Assembly (NCBI GenBank): GCA_002104945.1
Contig: MCFH01000001.1
Span: 1,364,001-1,428,000 of the forward strand
Direction: 5' to 3'
Source of the DNA: Piromyces finnis finn
Lineage: Eukaryota; Fungi; Neocallimastigomycota
DNA: 64,000 nucleotides
Of the stretch, positions 47,101 through 59,365 are shown piece by piece. Position 1 is the stretch's first letter; each line of letters starts with the position of its first letter. The notes beneath the pieces are model-generated. The model was not told where the DNA came from. It searched no databases and saw only the letters and a list, made by a program, of their open reading frames with translations. Both the position numbers and the translations under genes were made by a program.

Positions 47101-50100
47101 CAGATACCAAAATATTAAATATATTGAAAAAATATCAATTAGAACTTTCAAATACTTTTGAAAATATTCACAAACAATTAATGGGATTAAAACGTTCTAA
47201 GAAGATTGTTGAAGGTTATATTAAGCAAAGTCAAGAAGTACGTCAATGGATTCAAAATAAAATTATTGTTCTTAATGAAGTTAATGAAGATATAAAAGAA
47301 CAAACAAAGCGTTTTGATGAACTTAAAGATAAATATGATATAAATGATGGAGAAGAAGAAATTAAAATTGTCTTTAAAACTGAAGAATCTGTATTTGATA
47401 ATGTTATGAAGAGATTAAATGAAGCTGAAGATGCTCTTAAGCGTTATACTCTATCGTATCAACATTTAAATAGCCATGCTGAAAAGATTGTTAATGACTT
47501 TGAAAATTCTCACACTGCTCTTTCAAAAGAAAGTTTCGAAATTATAAAAACTCATCAACGTGGTATTGATTCAATATGGAATAATTTATGTTCAGAATTA
47601 GAACGCTTAAAGAATATTTCTACTATTCGTATGAATATTATGTCATGGATAAAGAAGTCTGAAGAATTTGAACAACGCCTCTGGTCTTTAGAAGAACAAT
47701 TTGAACAAGGTGAAGGTATAATTCTAAATAATTTGCCTGAAAATAGTGAAAACAATGGATTAATTGATTTATTCGCTGAATTTGGTCAAGTTGCTGATGA
47801 AACAATTAGAAGTTGGGATTATGATATTAGTCGTTTGGAAGAAGAGCATGGTGATTTAGTACAAGAAATTCAAGGTATTGAGCTTAATTCTTTAAAGTTA
47901 GAATGTCCAGAAGAAATTAATGTTCTTAATCAACAATGGTATTTGAATAATATTAATGAATCACTTGCTTCTTTACAAGATACCTTTGATTCAAGAAAAG
48001 ATGAAATCTTTGATCTTTCAGAAAAATTTGACAATTGGGAATTAGATTATAATAATTTAGAAGAGTGGATTAATGTAACAATAGCTTCATTAAATGAAAG
48101 ATTAAACGATACAAATTCAGGATATGCTGTTATTACAGGTGATATTGATTTCGATAAACTTAATTTAAATAATTGGAATAAAAGCCAACTTATTTTAGAA
48201 AATCATATAGATGGTGAAATTATGAAACAATATGAAAAAGTTACAGCTGATTGTGCTACTATAATATCATTATGTAAAGATTTATTGCCAGAAGAAACTT
48301 CGGAAATATTTGAAAAATACTCTGGAGAAAAGAGAACATATCTTTATGATATTTGGAATCAACTTTCAACATTAAAGGATAATGAAAAGAATTCTTTAGA
48401 AATTGCTAAGCAATATTTAGATTGGCATCAAAGTGCATTTGCCATTGAAAACAATATTGTTGAAAAATTAGAACATTTGAATTCTAGAGATAGTTTAAGT
48501 ATTGATGAATATTCTGACTTAAATGAGAATATCGATTATAGTGATAAAATCTTAAATGAAGCTAATGCTAAATTAAGAGAAATTAAGACAGGAAAGCCAA
48601 AATTTGTATTTGAAAAAGTAAATAATGATATTTACAAATCAAGACAAAATCAAATTAGTCAAAAAATAAATGAAGCTAGAAAAATAATTCAAGATTCTAA
48701 AGATGCTGCTAATAGAAAAAATTCTTTACACGAAATTAATAAAAGTTTAGATTCATACGAGAAATGGTGTGATGACATTCTTTATGAATTACCAATGTAC
48801 ACAGCATCTCTTGAATTTTTATCACATCAAAATTCAATTAACTTAGATAATGATAAATCAATAATTGATGTAGATACCAAAATGAATTCTTATATAGCAG
48901 AATTGGATAACATTGATAATATTTTCCTTAATGAGTCAGTAGAATCAATTTTCCAAAACCATCTTAAAAAATACAAAAGTACTGAAAATGAAATTTCTAG
49001 TTTTAATAATGAATTAGAAATATTTAAAGAAAAATATCAACGCTATTTCCGCTCTCATAATTATTCTATTCAAACAAGATATGAAACTTTAGTTCAAAGA
49101 TTTAAACGTATCGAAAAGGCATTAAGTGTAGGTTATTACAAAGCAGATATAATCAAAAAAATATATGTCCATGATAAAATATCTTCTGAAATTAAAAATT
49201 GGATTCAAAATAAAAAGCAAGATATTATTGATATGGTTTATAATAACTCAATTTCTTCTTCAAGTAAAATGTTAGATATTGAAAATCAATTAAATCTTTT
49301 TGAAACTTCTGTGGATGAATATTATCATATTACAGATAAGTTATATAATTTCTTAACTCAAAATGAAGAACCAACAATCGATCTTCAAGTATGTGCTCGC
49401 CTTGTATCTGGTAGAAAAAAAAGTATTAATTCTGAATGGGAACTTTTAATGGAATTTGTAAATACTGTTACTAGTAACTCCGCTTACATTGAAAAAGAAA
49501 TAGAATTAAATAAAATGATAACAAAGATGTCACAATTTATTAATGATATAAAATGTAGAATACTAGAGGTTAATATTATGAATAATAATGAAACAAATCA
49601 AGTTAATTTAGAATCTATATTTGGAAGACTTGAAGGAGAACTTGTTGCAGGTGTATTACCAAATATTCAAATTCTTGAAAGTAATATTAAGAAATATTTA
49701 TCAGAAATACCATCTTACACTGTTTACTACAAAATCAGTTTAAGTTTAAGAGAAGAATTTGAAAATCTAAATGATGTTTTAAGAATTCGTAAAAACAAAT
49801 TAAATTTGCATAACAAGGTTGTAACTCATAATAATTTAATGAGTAATATACAACAACAAATTTCTGACTTATCTAAAGCAATTGATGAACAATCAATACC
49901 TAGAGGAAGAAACGAAATTGAAACATATGTTGCAATTATAGATAGTAAATTAATGTTCTTTAATACTAGTATATCAAAACTAGTTAATGATTCTAATGAC
50001 ATTATGAAAAATATATTAGTAGAAGATATTACAGATGAATGGAATTCATGTGAAAAACAACAAAACGTTGAAAAAAGATGGGAAGACGTTAAACAAAGTG

Positions 50101-50455
50101 TCAAAGATCGTAGAGAAAATATTGATACAAAACTATCAATGAAAGGTAGTAACCATAATGAGAGAGAAAGACCAATAAGTCAAAGAATGTCTGCATATCT
50201 CCCTAAATATCACTCGATTAGACCATCATCTTCTCTTTCTACTCGAAGTGGAAAGACAAGTCCAAGAAGTATATATTCAAGAAATAGTCATAGAAGATCA
50301 CCTTCTTCATCTTCATCACCTGTTAGCCATTCAAGGTAAATAAGTAAATATTATTTTTAATTTAATTCAATTGTTCTATTTATTAATTAATAATTTTTAC
50401 ATATATACATTTATTTATATTTAGATCAAGAAGACATTCATCCATTATTGAATAG
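41171..50455 (+). CDS. Giant actin-binding CH1-CH2 plus spectrin-repeat rod protein, ~3,021 aa (dystrophin/nesprin/spectraplakin-like layout)
   Basis: Exons 41171-41710, 41841-50335 and 50425-50455. CH1: QKKTFTRWCN...DLQDGIRLLKLLEVLSG...DIVDGNLKLTMGLIW. CH2: SLLNWC...DFSKSWQNGVAFLALVH...PDERIIMTYI. Recurrent helix-A and helix-C Trp motifs of spectrin repeats (LDEWLN, LQNWIE, VRQWIQ, LEEWIN; RKRWLT, DSIWNN, EKRWED). Ser/Arg-rich tail. Confidence 0.85.
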
Positions 50456-50581
50456 TTAAATGTTTATTAATATTTCCTTAATCATATTTCATTAATTATT
50501 AATTAGTATTTATTTATAAATTAACAAGCATATAATATAATAATTAGATTTTTTTTTTTTTTAACCAAAATAAAATAACCG

Positions 50582-50623
<42 letters not shown>

Positions 50624-50693
50624 AAGAAAGAAATTATTTAAAAATAAAATTAAATAAAAACTAAATAAAAATTAAATAAAAATTAAATAAAAA
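50582..50693. repeat. A40 run, (GAAA)n and an 11-bp tandem repeat (TAAATAAAAAT x ~4)
   Basis: Seen directly, about 125 bp after the stop of the spectrin-repeat gene. Confidence 0.8.
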
Positions 50694-51441
50694 AATATTT
50701 TTATATTAATACAAAATTGATTATATAAATTCATTTTGATAAAAATAATAATTTGATTAGTTTTTTAATTATAAGTGTTACTCTTCCTGAACTTTATTTT
50801 CTATTTTAATTTTATAAAACTTTATATTTAAATAAATGTAAAAAAAAAAAATATGTATTGTCTAAACAAATAATAATAATAATAATAAGTAAACTTTATA
50901 TATAAAAATCAATTATTTTTTTATTATTATTTGAGAAAGTATATATTGAGTCATATAAATTAGCTATATAAGCCACATTCTAAACCTATAATACAATACT
51001 TAAATATTAGTTCTTTTAATCATTATTAACAAAACATCTTGGAAAATATCTGAATATACTAAAAATTTGTTTTTGTTTTATAATAACATTAATAATATAG
51101 AATATAGAATTGCTGGTATATGAATAAATTACGATTATTCTTAAATAATATTTCAGGTTAACTTATTTTAATTAATTCTCAAATATAATATTTGATAAAT
51201 GTTATATAAATAAAATATTTAATTTTATACTAAAACTTTTATTATTTTATATATATGTTTTATATTATTTTATATACTTTTTTTTTTTAGATTTTTGAAT
51301 TTAAATGAACTTAATTATAATTTTATTTTACATATTGTGGCTTAAAATATATAAATATATAAATATAATTATTAGATAAAAAAAAATAGGTAAAATTATT
51401 AAAATATCAAAATTTAAGAATAATTTATATTTTGATAAAAA

Positions 51442-52986
51442 ATGGATTCATTTGAAAAAAAACATGAAAGAGGAATAAATAATATGGGGGAACTACTTTT
51501 AAAGGGATATGTAAGATTTTAGGAATAATGATAAATAAAAAAATAATTTTAAACTCGAAAAAATAATAAAATTTATATTTAATGGTTGATAAATGTTTTT
51601 GTTTGTTTGTTAATAGATTATGACTGCACAAGCATGTCCAGTTTGTAATGTAAATTAAATTTCATTTGAATCTTATATATTTATATACATAATATTCTTA
51701 AAAAAATAACATTAATATATTTTTTTATTTATATATTGCTTTAATAGTGTCCATTTTTCAAAAAAACAAGTAATAGTCCACCATTTTGCCCTCTTTGTGA
51801 TGATAAGAAAGAAAATAAAGAAAAGGAAAATTGTACGTATTGATTCAAAAACAATATATTTAGTATACTTAAAATTTAATTATTTAGTAGTTGACAATAA
51901 ATTATATTTGATATTATGTAATACAAAATGCAAAAATAATGAATAGTAAAAGAAAAAGAACAAATGGAGCAAATGGAACAAATGATGTGTATGTAATAAC
52001 TTTGTGGATACTATATTATTAAACATAAAATTATCTAAAATCTAATAACTAATGTAAAATTGTAATATTATATTAATACATATATATTAATATAATAATA
52101 AAATAATATATATTATAGCAAAAGAAAGTAAAATAAATGAATTTCAAACTGAAAAAAAAGAAGTTTCTAATACTAATTCAAAAAAACAAGATTCAATAAA
52201 TTCAAAAATGTCTGAATTATTATTAGCTGGTTGGACTCTAACAAATGATAATTGTCCATTTTGTATTGGAGTATATATTTTATAAATAAATAATCTATTT
52301 CCTATAATATTCTATTTATATCAATTAATTAAAAATCTAAATTTAAAAACATTTTTAAAAAGGTCCCATTAATGAAAAACAAAGAAAAGCAGCAATTTTG
52401 TGTCAAATGTGAAAAGTATATATCTTAGTATAATTATTATAATAACAATAATTATAAAATTAAAGTATAATATATTGTATTTTGTAAAACATAGATATTT
52501 CATTAGTGAAGAAGAAGCTAAGAAACAAGGAATAACAATTAAAGATGAAAAAACTGAAAATAATGATAAACAAATAAGCACATTATATAACAGAAATGAA
52601 CCAATAACAAAAAATAAAGCCATTAAGCATTCCTTGGATATTGAAGATAAAGTTACACAATCAATAAATAAGGTATTTAAATTATCAAATTTAAAAATAT
52701 TTTAAGTATAAAAACTTTAATTAACAATTTTTTTTTTAAGGAAATTATACCACCAATTAAAAAAGAAAAAAAAGAAATAAATTCTATTACTGACGAAGTA
52801 AAAGTTGAATGTTCAAAAACTTCAGTAGCTTTAATCAATCAATTATCATTATTGAGAAGTAAATTAGAGGTTTTAAATGAAAAGGATGATGCTTTTTCAA
52901 ATACTCAATATATTATTAATATTTGTGATACAATTTCAAGTGTTGCAAAAGCATTGGAGGCATGCAATACTATTTTAAACAATTAA
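51442..52986 (+). CDS. SSSCA1/ZNRD2-like (Auto_anti-p27) protein with two Zn ribbons
   Basis: Spliced product gives MGELLLKGY|IMTAQACPVCN|CPFFK...FCPLCD and MSELLLAGWTLTNDNCPFCIG|VPLMK...FCVKCE, followed by a C-terminal helical segment. The stop is at 52984-52986. Confidence 0.85.
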
Positions 52987-53373
52987 TTTCAAAAAAAAAA
53001 AATTCAAATTATTAAACTAAATAAACAAATAATTATTAAAAATATAATATTCTAATTGATATTTTTTTTTTTTTTTTATTTTTATTTATTTATCTATTTG
53101 TTTGTTTTCTTGTTTGTTTATCTATATATTTATTAATTTATTTATTTATTTTTTTTTATTTATTTATTTATTTTATTTACTTATTTACTTATTAGGATTA
53201 GTTTTATTATTTCAATTTAACTATTTAACAATATTTTTTAAAAAAAGTAAAATAATAATAGATTATCTCAATGAAGCATAATATTATATTTTTAATATAA
53301 ATGTTTTTGATTTAATGTAAAATATTATTTATTATATAATAATTATTAATTGCATTTTATTTATAAAAAAAAA

Positions 53374-56300
53374 TTATTTTGGTTGACTGTTGATTGAATA
53401 TCTATTGCTAGTTGAATATGGATTATTCATTGATTGTTTCATTCTTTCTAAACGTTCTTTTAATCCAGCAACAGTTACAGATGATGAAGATCCAGAGTTA
53501 TTATTTGGTAATGGCAATGAAGAGTTTGCAGATGAATGTGGTATTGCAGTAGAGCTTCCTCCACTAAGTTGGGAAGAATATCTTACATTTTGTGTACCAG
53601 AGTTTACACCATTCTATTTAAAATTTAAATAAGAATAAAAAATAAAATTATATTAATGCTATTGTTCTAAAATAAATATATTCATTAATAAAAAAAAAAA
53701 TATAACAATTTAAATAAACCTCATTTTTATATCCAAACATTTGTTGTAATTTTAGTAGTTTTTGCTTATATGTTTCAGTTGTATCATCTATAATTTAAAT
53801 TAAATATTTTTATAATATTTTTAAATAATTATTAAAAGAAACATAATGTTTTTATTTATTTATTTATTTAAAATTTTAATTTAATACCTGAAAATCTGGT
53901 GCTTGTCATACTTAATCTATTATTTGATAAATCATTGTGTGAAAATGTTGGTATTGAAGATTGACTTTCATTTGATGATTCTGAGAGAGTAGTTAATCCA
54001 CGACGTACTAATGTTCTAATTAATGAACTTGAATTATTTATTCTCTCGTCTATTTTATTTTTAGCCTCTGGATAGGCTTGTTGAATTTGATATATTTCTT
54101 TGATTGTAGGTTTTATTTGATCACCTCTTTGCATTTTTTCAAACAAGAAATCCAATCTATGATCTAATTCATCTCCATTATTACAATTTCCTAATTCCTT
54201 ATTACTAGGCATATTACTGCTATTACCACTATTTATACTATTAATTGTATTAGTACTTCCAATACTATTATTACTATTACTTTGGGACATACTCAAATGT
54301 TGGGAATATCTTGGCTGTGAACTTACTGGAGACGAACTAGCTGAGCTTGGATTAGATGTACTTTGACTTTGTAAGGCATTTCTCTTTTTCTGTGATTGAA
54401 CCATGTGCGATACATAAGAATATACGTAACTTCTTTGTGGATCATTAATTAAATCAAAATTTTCAAAAATTTTATCACCTAATGATGATGTTAATTCAGA
54501 TAAAATTGTTTTAATAGTTCTTAATGGCATATCACCAACAGGGAAATTTTCTGAAGCTCTTTTTTTCCATTCTGATGGAGGAGTAGCAATAAAAAGATTA
54601 TTTATATCTAATAATAATTGATTAACTTCTAAAGTATGTGTTTCTAACATTTTATGAATTACTTTTGTCATTTTCCATAAACATTTCATAACCAACTCAG
54701 TAAACTTTGCTTGCAACATAATTTTTTCATTACTCTCATTAGTCATTGATACTAAAATTGCAGATGATTTTTCTAAAAGCAATAAAAGAGCACTAAATGA
54801 AATGTTTCTATTACTATTATCTAAAATTCTAACCATCAAAATATTTAATGCACGAACTAACTGAGATCCTGCTTCTGATTTAGTTAAATTATGATCAAGC
54901 ATTCCTTTTAACACTTCTTCAAATAATGGGTATAATGAATCTTTTTCAATTATTTTAGAAAGTTCAACATTTGAGAAAATTAAAACCAAAACATTAATTA
55001 AATGCTTACATAACCTTACTAATCCTGGTGCATTGATATTATCTGAACTAAATACTAATTTCATTTGAAATGTTATAGCATTAATGGTTTGATTGATATG
55101 TGGAATTACAATTTCAGGATGGTTTCTTAAAATAGGATCTAACTGTTTCAAAGCATCAACGCTTTCTGTAGATACACCACTCATAATTTGTGTAGTTATG
55201 AAATCCATCATATAATCTTTTTGCATACCATTAGATGAATAATCATAAAGAGATCTTCGATTTCCATATCCAAATCCATTATTTGGTATTGGGCCATTTA
55301 CATTTGAATTCATTATTGGACTTTCATTTTCCATTGCCATTGGCGATACACCATCATTCATATTATTATTTAAAGAGTAATTAACTGGATTTGATAATTG
55401 AGGTAAATTTAGCTTATCAATATCCAAGCTAAATTCCTTTTTAACCTGATTATCTTGGTATGCCCTCTGTACATTATCATTAGATGGTACATCCACATCC
55501 ATTGGTGTAGGTGATTGACCCATCATATTTTGCTGAATTCTCCTATTTTGATCCATGCTATCATTTATCATATTTCCATTCATTTGATTTACATCATTAA
55601 TCATTGGTTTATTTTGATACATAGAATAAGAAGGTAATCTTTTTAACTTTTCATCTATAAGTTGTCTATTTCTTTCTGGAATATTACTAATATATTTAAA
55701 TACATTATCACCAACTTGCTTATAAGCTTCCACTATTGTATTTAACGCTTCATTTCTAACATTTGGATCTCTATCAGAAATTTGATTTGCTATTATTAAG
55801 AGTGCTTTATTTGGATGGCATACACTTAATCCATTTCTTTGTATCAAACAACCTAATTCATTTAAGCATTCTACTCTTACTCGTGAATTTTTTGACTTTA
55901 AACCCTCGCATATATAAATGAATGTACGGCTTGCCGGATATATACGACAAAGTTGTTTTATTAAAGTTTTTATTCTTTGTCTAATGGTTTCTTTGCTATC
56001 ACCAATCTTTTAATTATTATTTTTATTATAATTAATTATTAAAATATCTATATTTATTTCATAATAAAATATATATAATTTAGTATATTTCAATTGTAAT
56101 GTTACCTTGTTAATTAATGATGGCAAAAAACATGAAGCTTCATATTCAGATAAATAATAACCATTCTCATCCAAAACAATAAATAAGGCATCAAGTAAGT
56201 CTAAGCATTTAATTAAAATTGTTGTGTTAGTATCACAAAATCTTAATGTTAAATACTTTAAAATTAAATCAGTAACTGATATGAATCTTAAACAATTTTC

Positions 56301-58107
56301 TTCCCATGATATTCCCCATTTTTGAGATACATATTGACGATCAGCTAGACATGAATATAGCATATTTAATGAATTTAAGTAATCTTTTTCTTTATAATGA
56401 GAATTGCTAAATAATAGATTTCTAATATCTAAACTAAAATGATTTTCACATTGTTCTGATAAAAATAAAATTAAATCTTGTTTTGAACTATCTAAATTCC
56501 ATTTTGTTAATCCTCTATCTTTTTCTGCGCGAATTTCCTTTGCTCTATTATCCATTGTTAAAATTGGCGGTTGAGATGATGATTCTGTTATTGCAGCATG
56601 TTTTGAATTTATTGGTGGCGCTATTTGAGATCTTCTTTTATTGGAACCAGCAAGTCTTGCTTTACTTAAACCAGGGATTTCCTTTACGGTTGGTGTAGTT
56701 TGTTTTGGGGGTGATACAACAGTGCTACCAGGACGAATTGACTCAAGTAACGGTAATACAACAGATGAAGAGCCTTTTACATGTGAACAAGCTTTCTTAA
56801 TTGCATCAACACTTAACCCATTTGCAATATAAGTAAATGAGCTCTGAGCTGCTCTACGTACTTCATTATTTTTATCCATTAAATATAAAATATTTACATG
56901 AATAATAAGATTTAAATCTGGTAATGGTTTACCATTACTAGATAAATCATTTAAGGTATCATTCAACCACTTGGACATTTCTTTTCTAAATAAAGGTTGA
57001 TCATTTGTCATTATTTCTGAAATTGTTTGTATTAAAGTATCTATAGGCATAATAGTCATTGTTGAATTTAATGCATTTAATACAGCATTACGAGTTTGAA
57101 CTTTATTATCACCAAACAATGGAATAATAGAATTAATCATCAATTTTGAATTATTGATAAAAGGCTGACCAACAGCAGTTACTAATAATGAATACAAATC
57201 AATTGCTTTTACAACTAGATTTTTATTCGAGTCATTAAATCTATGAACCAAAGCAACAGGTAATTCACCTAAATTTGGTTTAATATGTTTATTTGCATTA
57301 TTAATTAACTCTTCAATTTCATCTAATGCTTCTTTTCTTGACCTCCAATTTGAATCTCCAAGTTTCTTTTATATACAAAATAGATAGATAAAAATTTTAT
57401 TTCATATTAATAATTATAACATTTTGTAATTTTTTTTTTTTTTTTTTTTTTACAATATTTACATTAATTAAAGCCTCATTTAATTGTTCACTAATGTCGA
57501 CTTTCTGAATTACAGGTTTTTGTGATACTACATTGTCTTGATTCATTGGAATTGATTTCTGACTTGACTATATATAAAATATATATATATATTAATACTA
57601 CTAAATTAAATAATAACTTCTTAATCTTATAAATAATATATTAATGAAATATAAGTATTTATATTTATATATATATATATATATATATGAAAATTACTCC
57701 TTGAACTCTTGTTGGAGTTGGAGGATTGCGTTTTCCTGCTTTTTCAAATTCAGCATCAATTGTAGAAAGGAGGGAAGGATTTAAATCTTCAATAAAACTT
57801 CTAATATCTAAAATTCATAATTTTTTAAGTATTGTTAATTATAAATAATATGTAAAAGCTCGCAGAAAAACCTATTTAATAATTATATAATAATTACCTG
57901 GACCACAAAACATTCTTAATGTTGAAATTACAGCAATTGCATTCTTTCTACATGCTGGAGCTGAATGATTAAAACCAATTTTTAAAATATTTATTAATTC
58001 AGTAACATCTACACCTTTGTGTCCAAAATCAAGTAAATTAGAATTAATCCATAAAAATGCATCAGCTATAGTTTTTGGATTATTTGTTTCTTTTAACGTT
58101 TCATACA

Positions 58108-58155
<48 letters not shown>

Positions 58156-59013
58156 ATATTTAACATTTATATTTATATAAAATTAAATTTAATATTTTAT
58201 AATTACTATATTTTAAAACTGTTTGAAATCCAATGGCTTCAATATATGATTCTAAACATTCTCCAGCTATCTTCTTTATTTTTAAATCGCTAATTTTTTC
58301 AGTAATTTCTAATAATTTGTAGATATACATATTTATATATTTAATATATTAGGTTTTTTTTCTTCTGCTTTATTTTGTTTTATTTAAAATAATAAAAGCT
58401 AATAATTACTTGGGATTGATATAGCTGCAATTGGTTCATTAAAACTTGATGCTGATGAAATATGCTTAAATACATTATACATTCTTGTATTAACCTTTTT
58501 AAAAATGGTATGTATTATTATTACTTGGATGTTTTAAAATGGTATAATTTAATATATATTAATTATTTACTTGAAAGTTGCTTTCTTTCCAACCAGGCCT
58601 AACAGATAGTAATTTTGTTATCATTTCCGCATTAATTTCTGAAGGATCTTTTTCTTTTATTACATTTAATAATGAATCCATTGCTTAAATTTTTTATATA
58701 ATATAATGCATTTATATTTAATAATGTTTTATTTGATTTTTAATAGATATTTAATTTAAATTATACCTGCTAAACGAACTTTCCAGACTTTAGCTTGTAA
58801 ATCTTCTATAGTAGATTCTCCGAATAAAACCTTTGCTTGTTGTTCTGCTTCTTCTTCTGACATTATTGGAGTTTCGATTGACATACTTACATCATTATCA
58901 ATAGCCATATCACTTGATTTTTGGACAGAAGGTTTAATACTCATTGAACCTGATATTTTTGTAGAATTTGCTATTTTTTTCTTCAAGCCTGGTTTTGAAT
59001 TCTGATAAAAAAA

Positions 59014-59064
<51 letters not shown>

Positions 59065-59104
59065 GTTTATTATTATTATTATGTTTATTATTATTATTAT
59101 TATG

Positions 59105-59157
<53 letters not shown>

Positions 59158-59321
59158 GTCTATTATTATGTTTATTATCTATCAATTAAACAATTAAACG
59201 ATTTATTAAAATATATCTACTTACAGAATTTACTGGTTTCCCAAATTTCGAAGCACCATTTCCACCTTTAATTGTAACTGGTTGTGTTGTTTGGGTCTAT
59301 TATTATTTTATTATTGTTGTT

Positions 59322-59365
<44 letters not shown>

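Noticed and set aside
51010-51123. Possible extra exon (LLIIINKTSWKISEY...AGI*) as a TM/KASH-like end for the spectrin-repeat protein
   Set aside because: Its phase is incompatible with the donor at 50336, the hydrophobic stretch is too short and there is no PPPx terminus.
58934-59189. Poly-Asn/His and poly-Leu ORFs
   Set aside because: They are an intronic triplet microsatellite of the XMAP215 gene.
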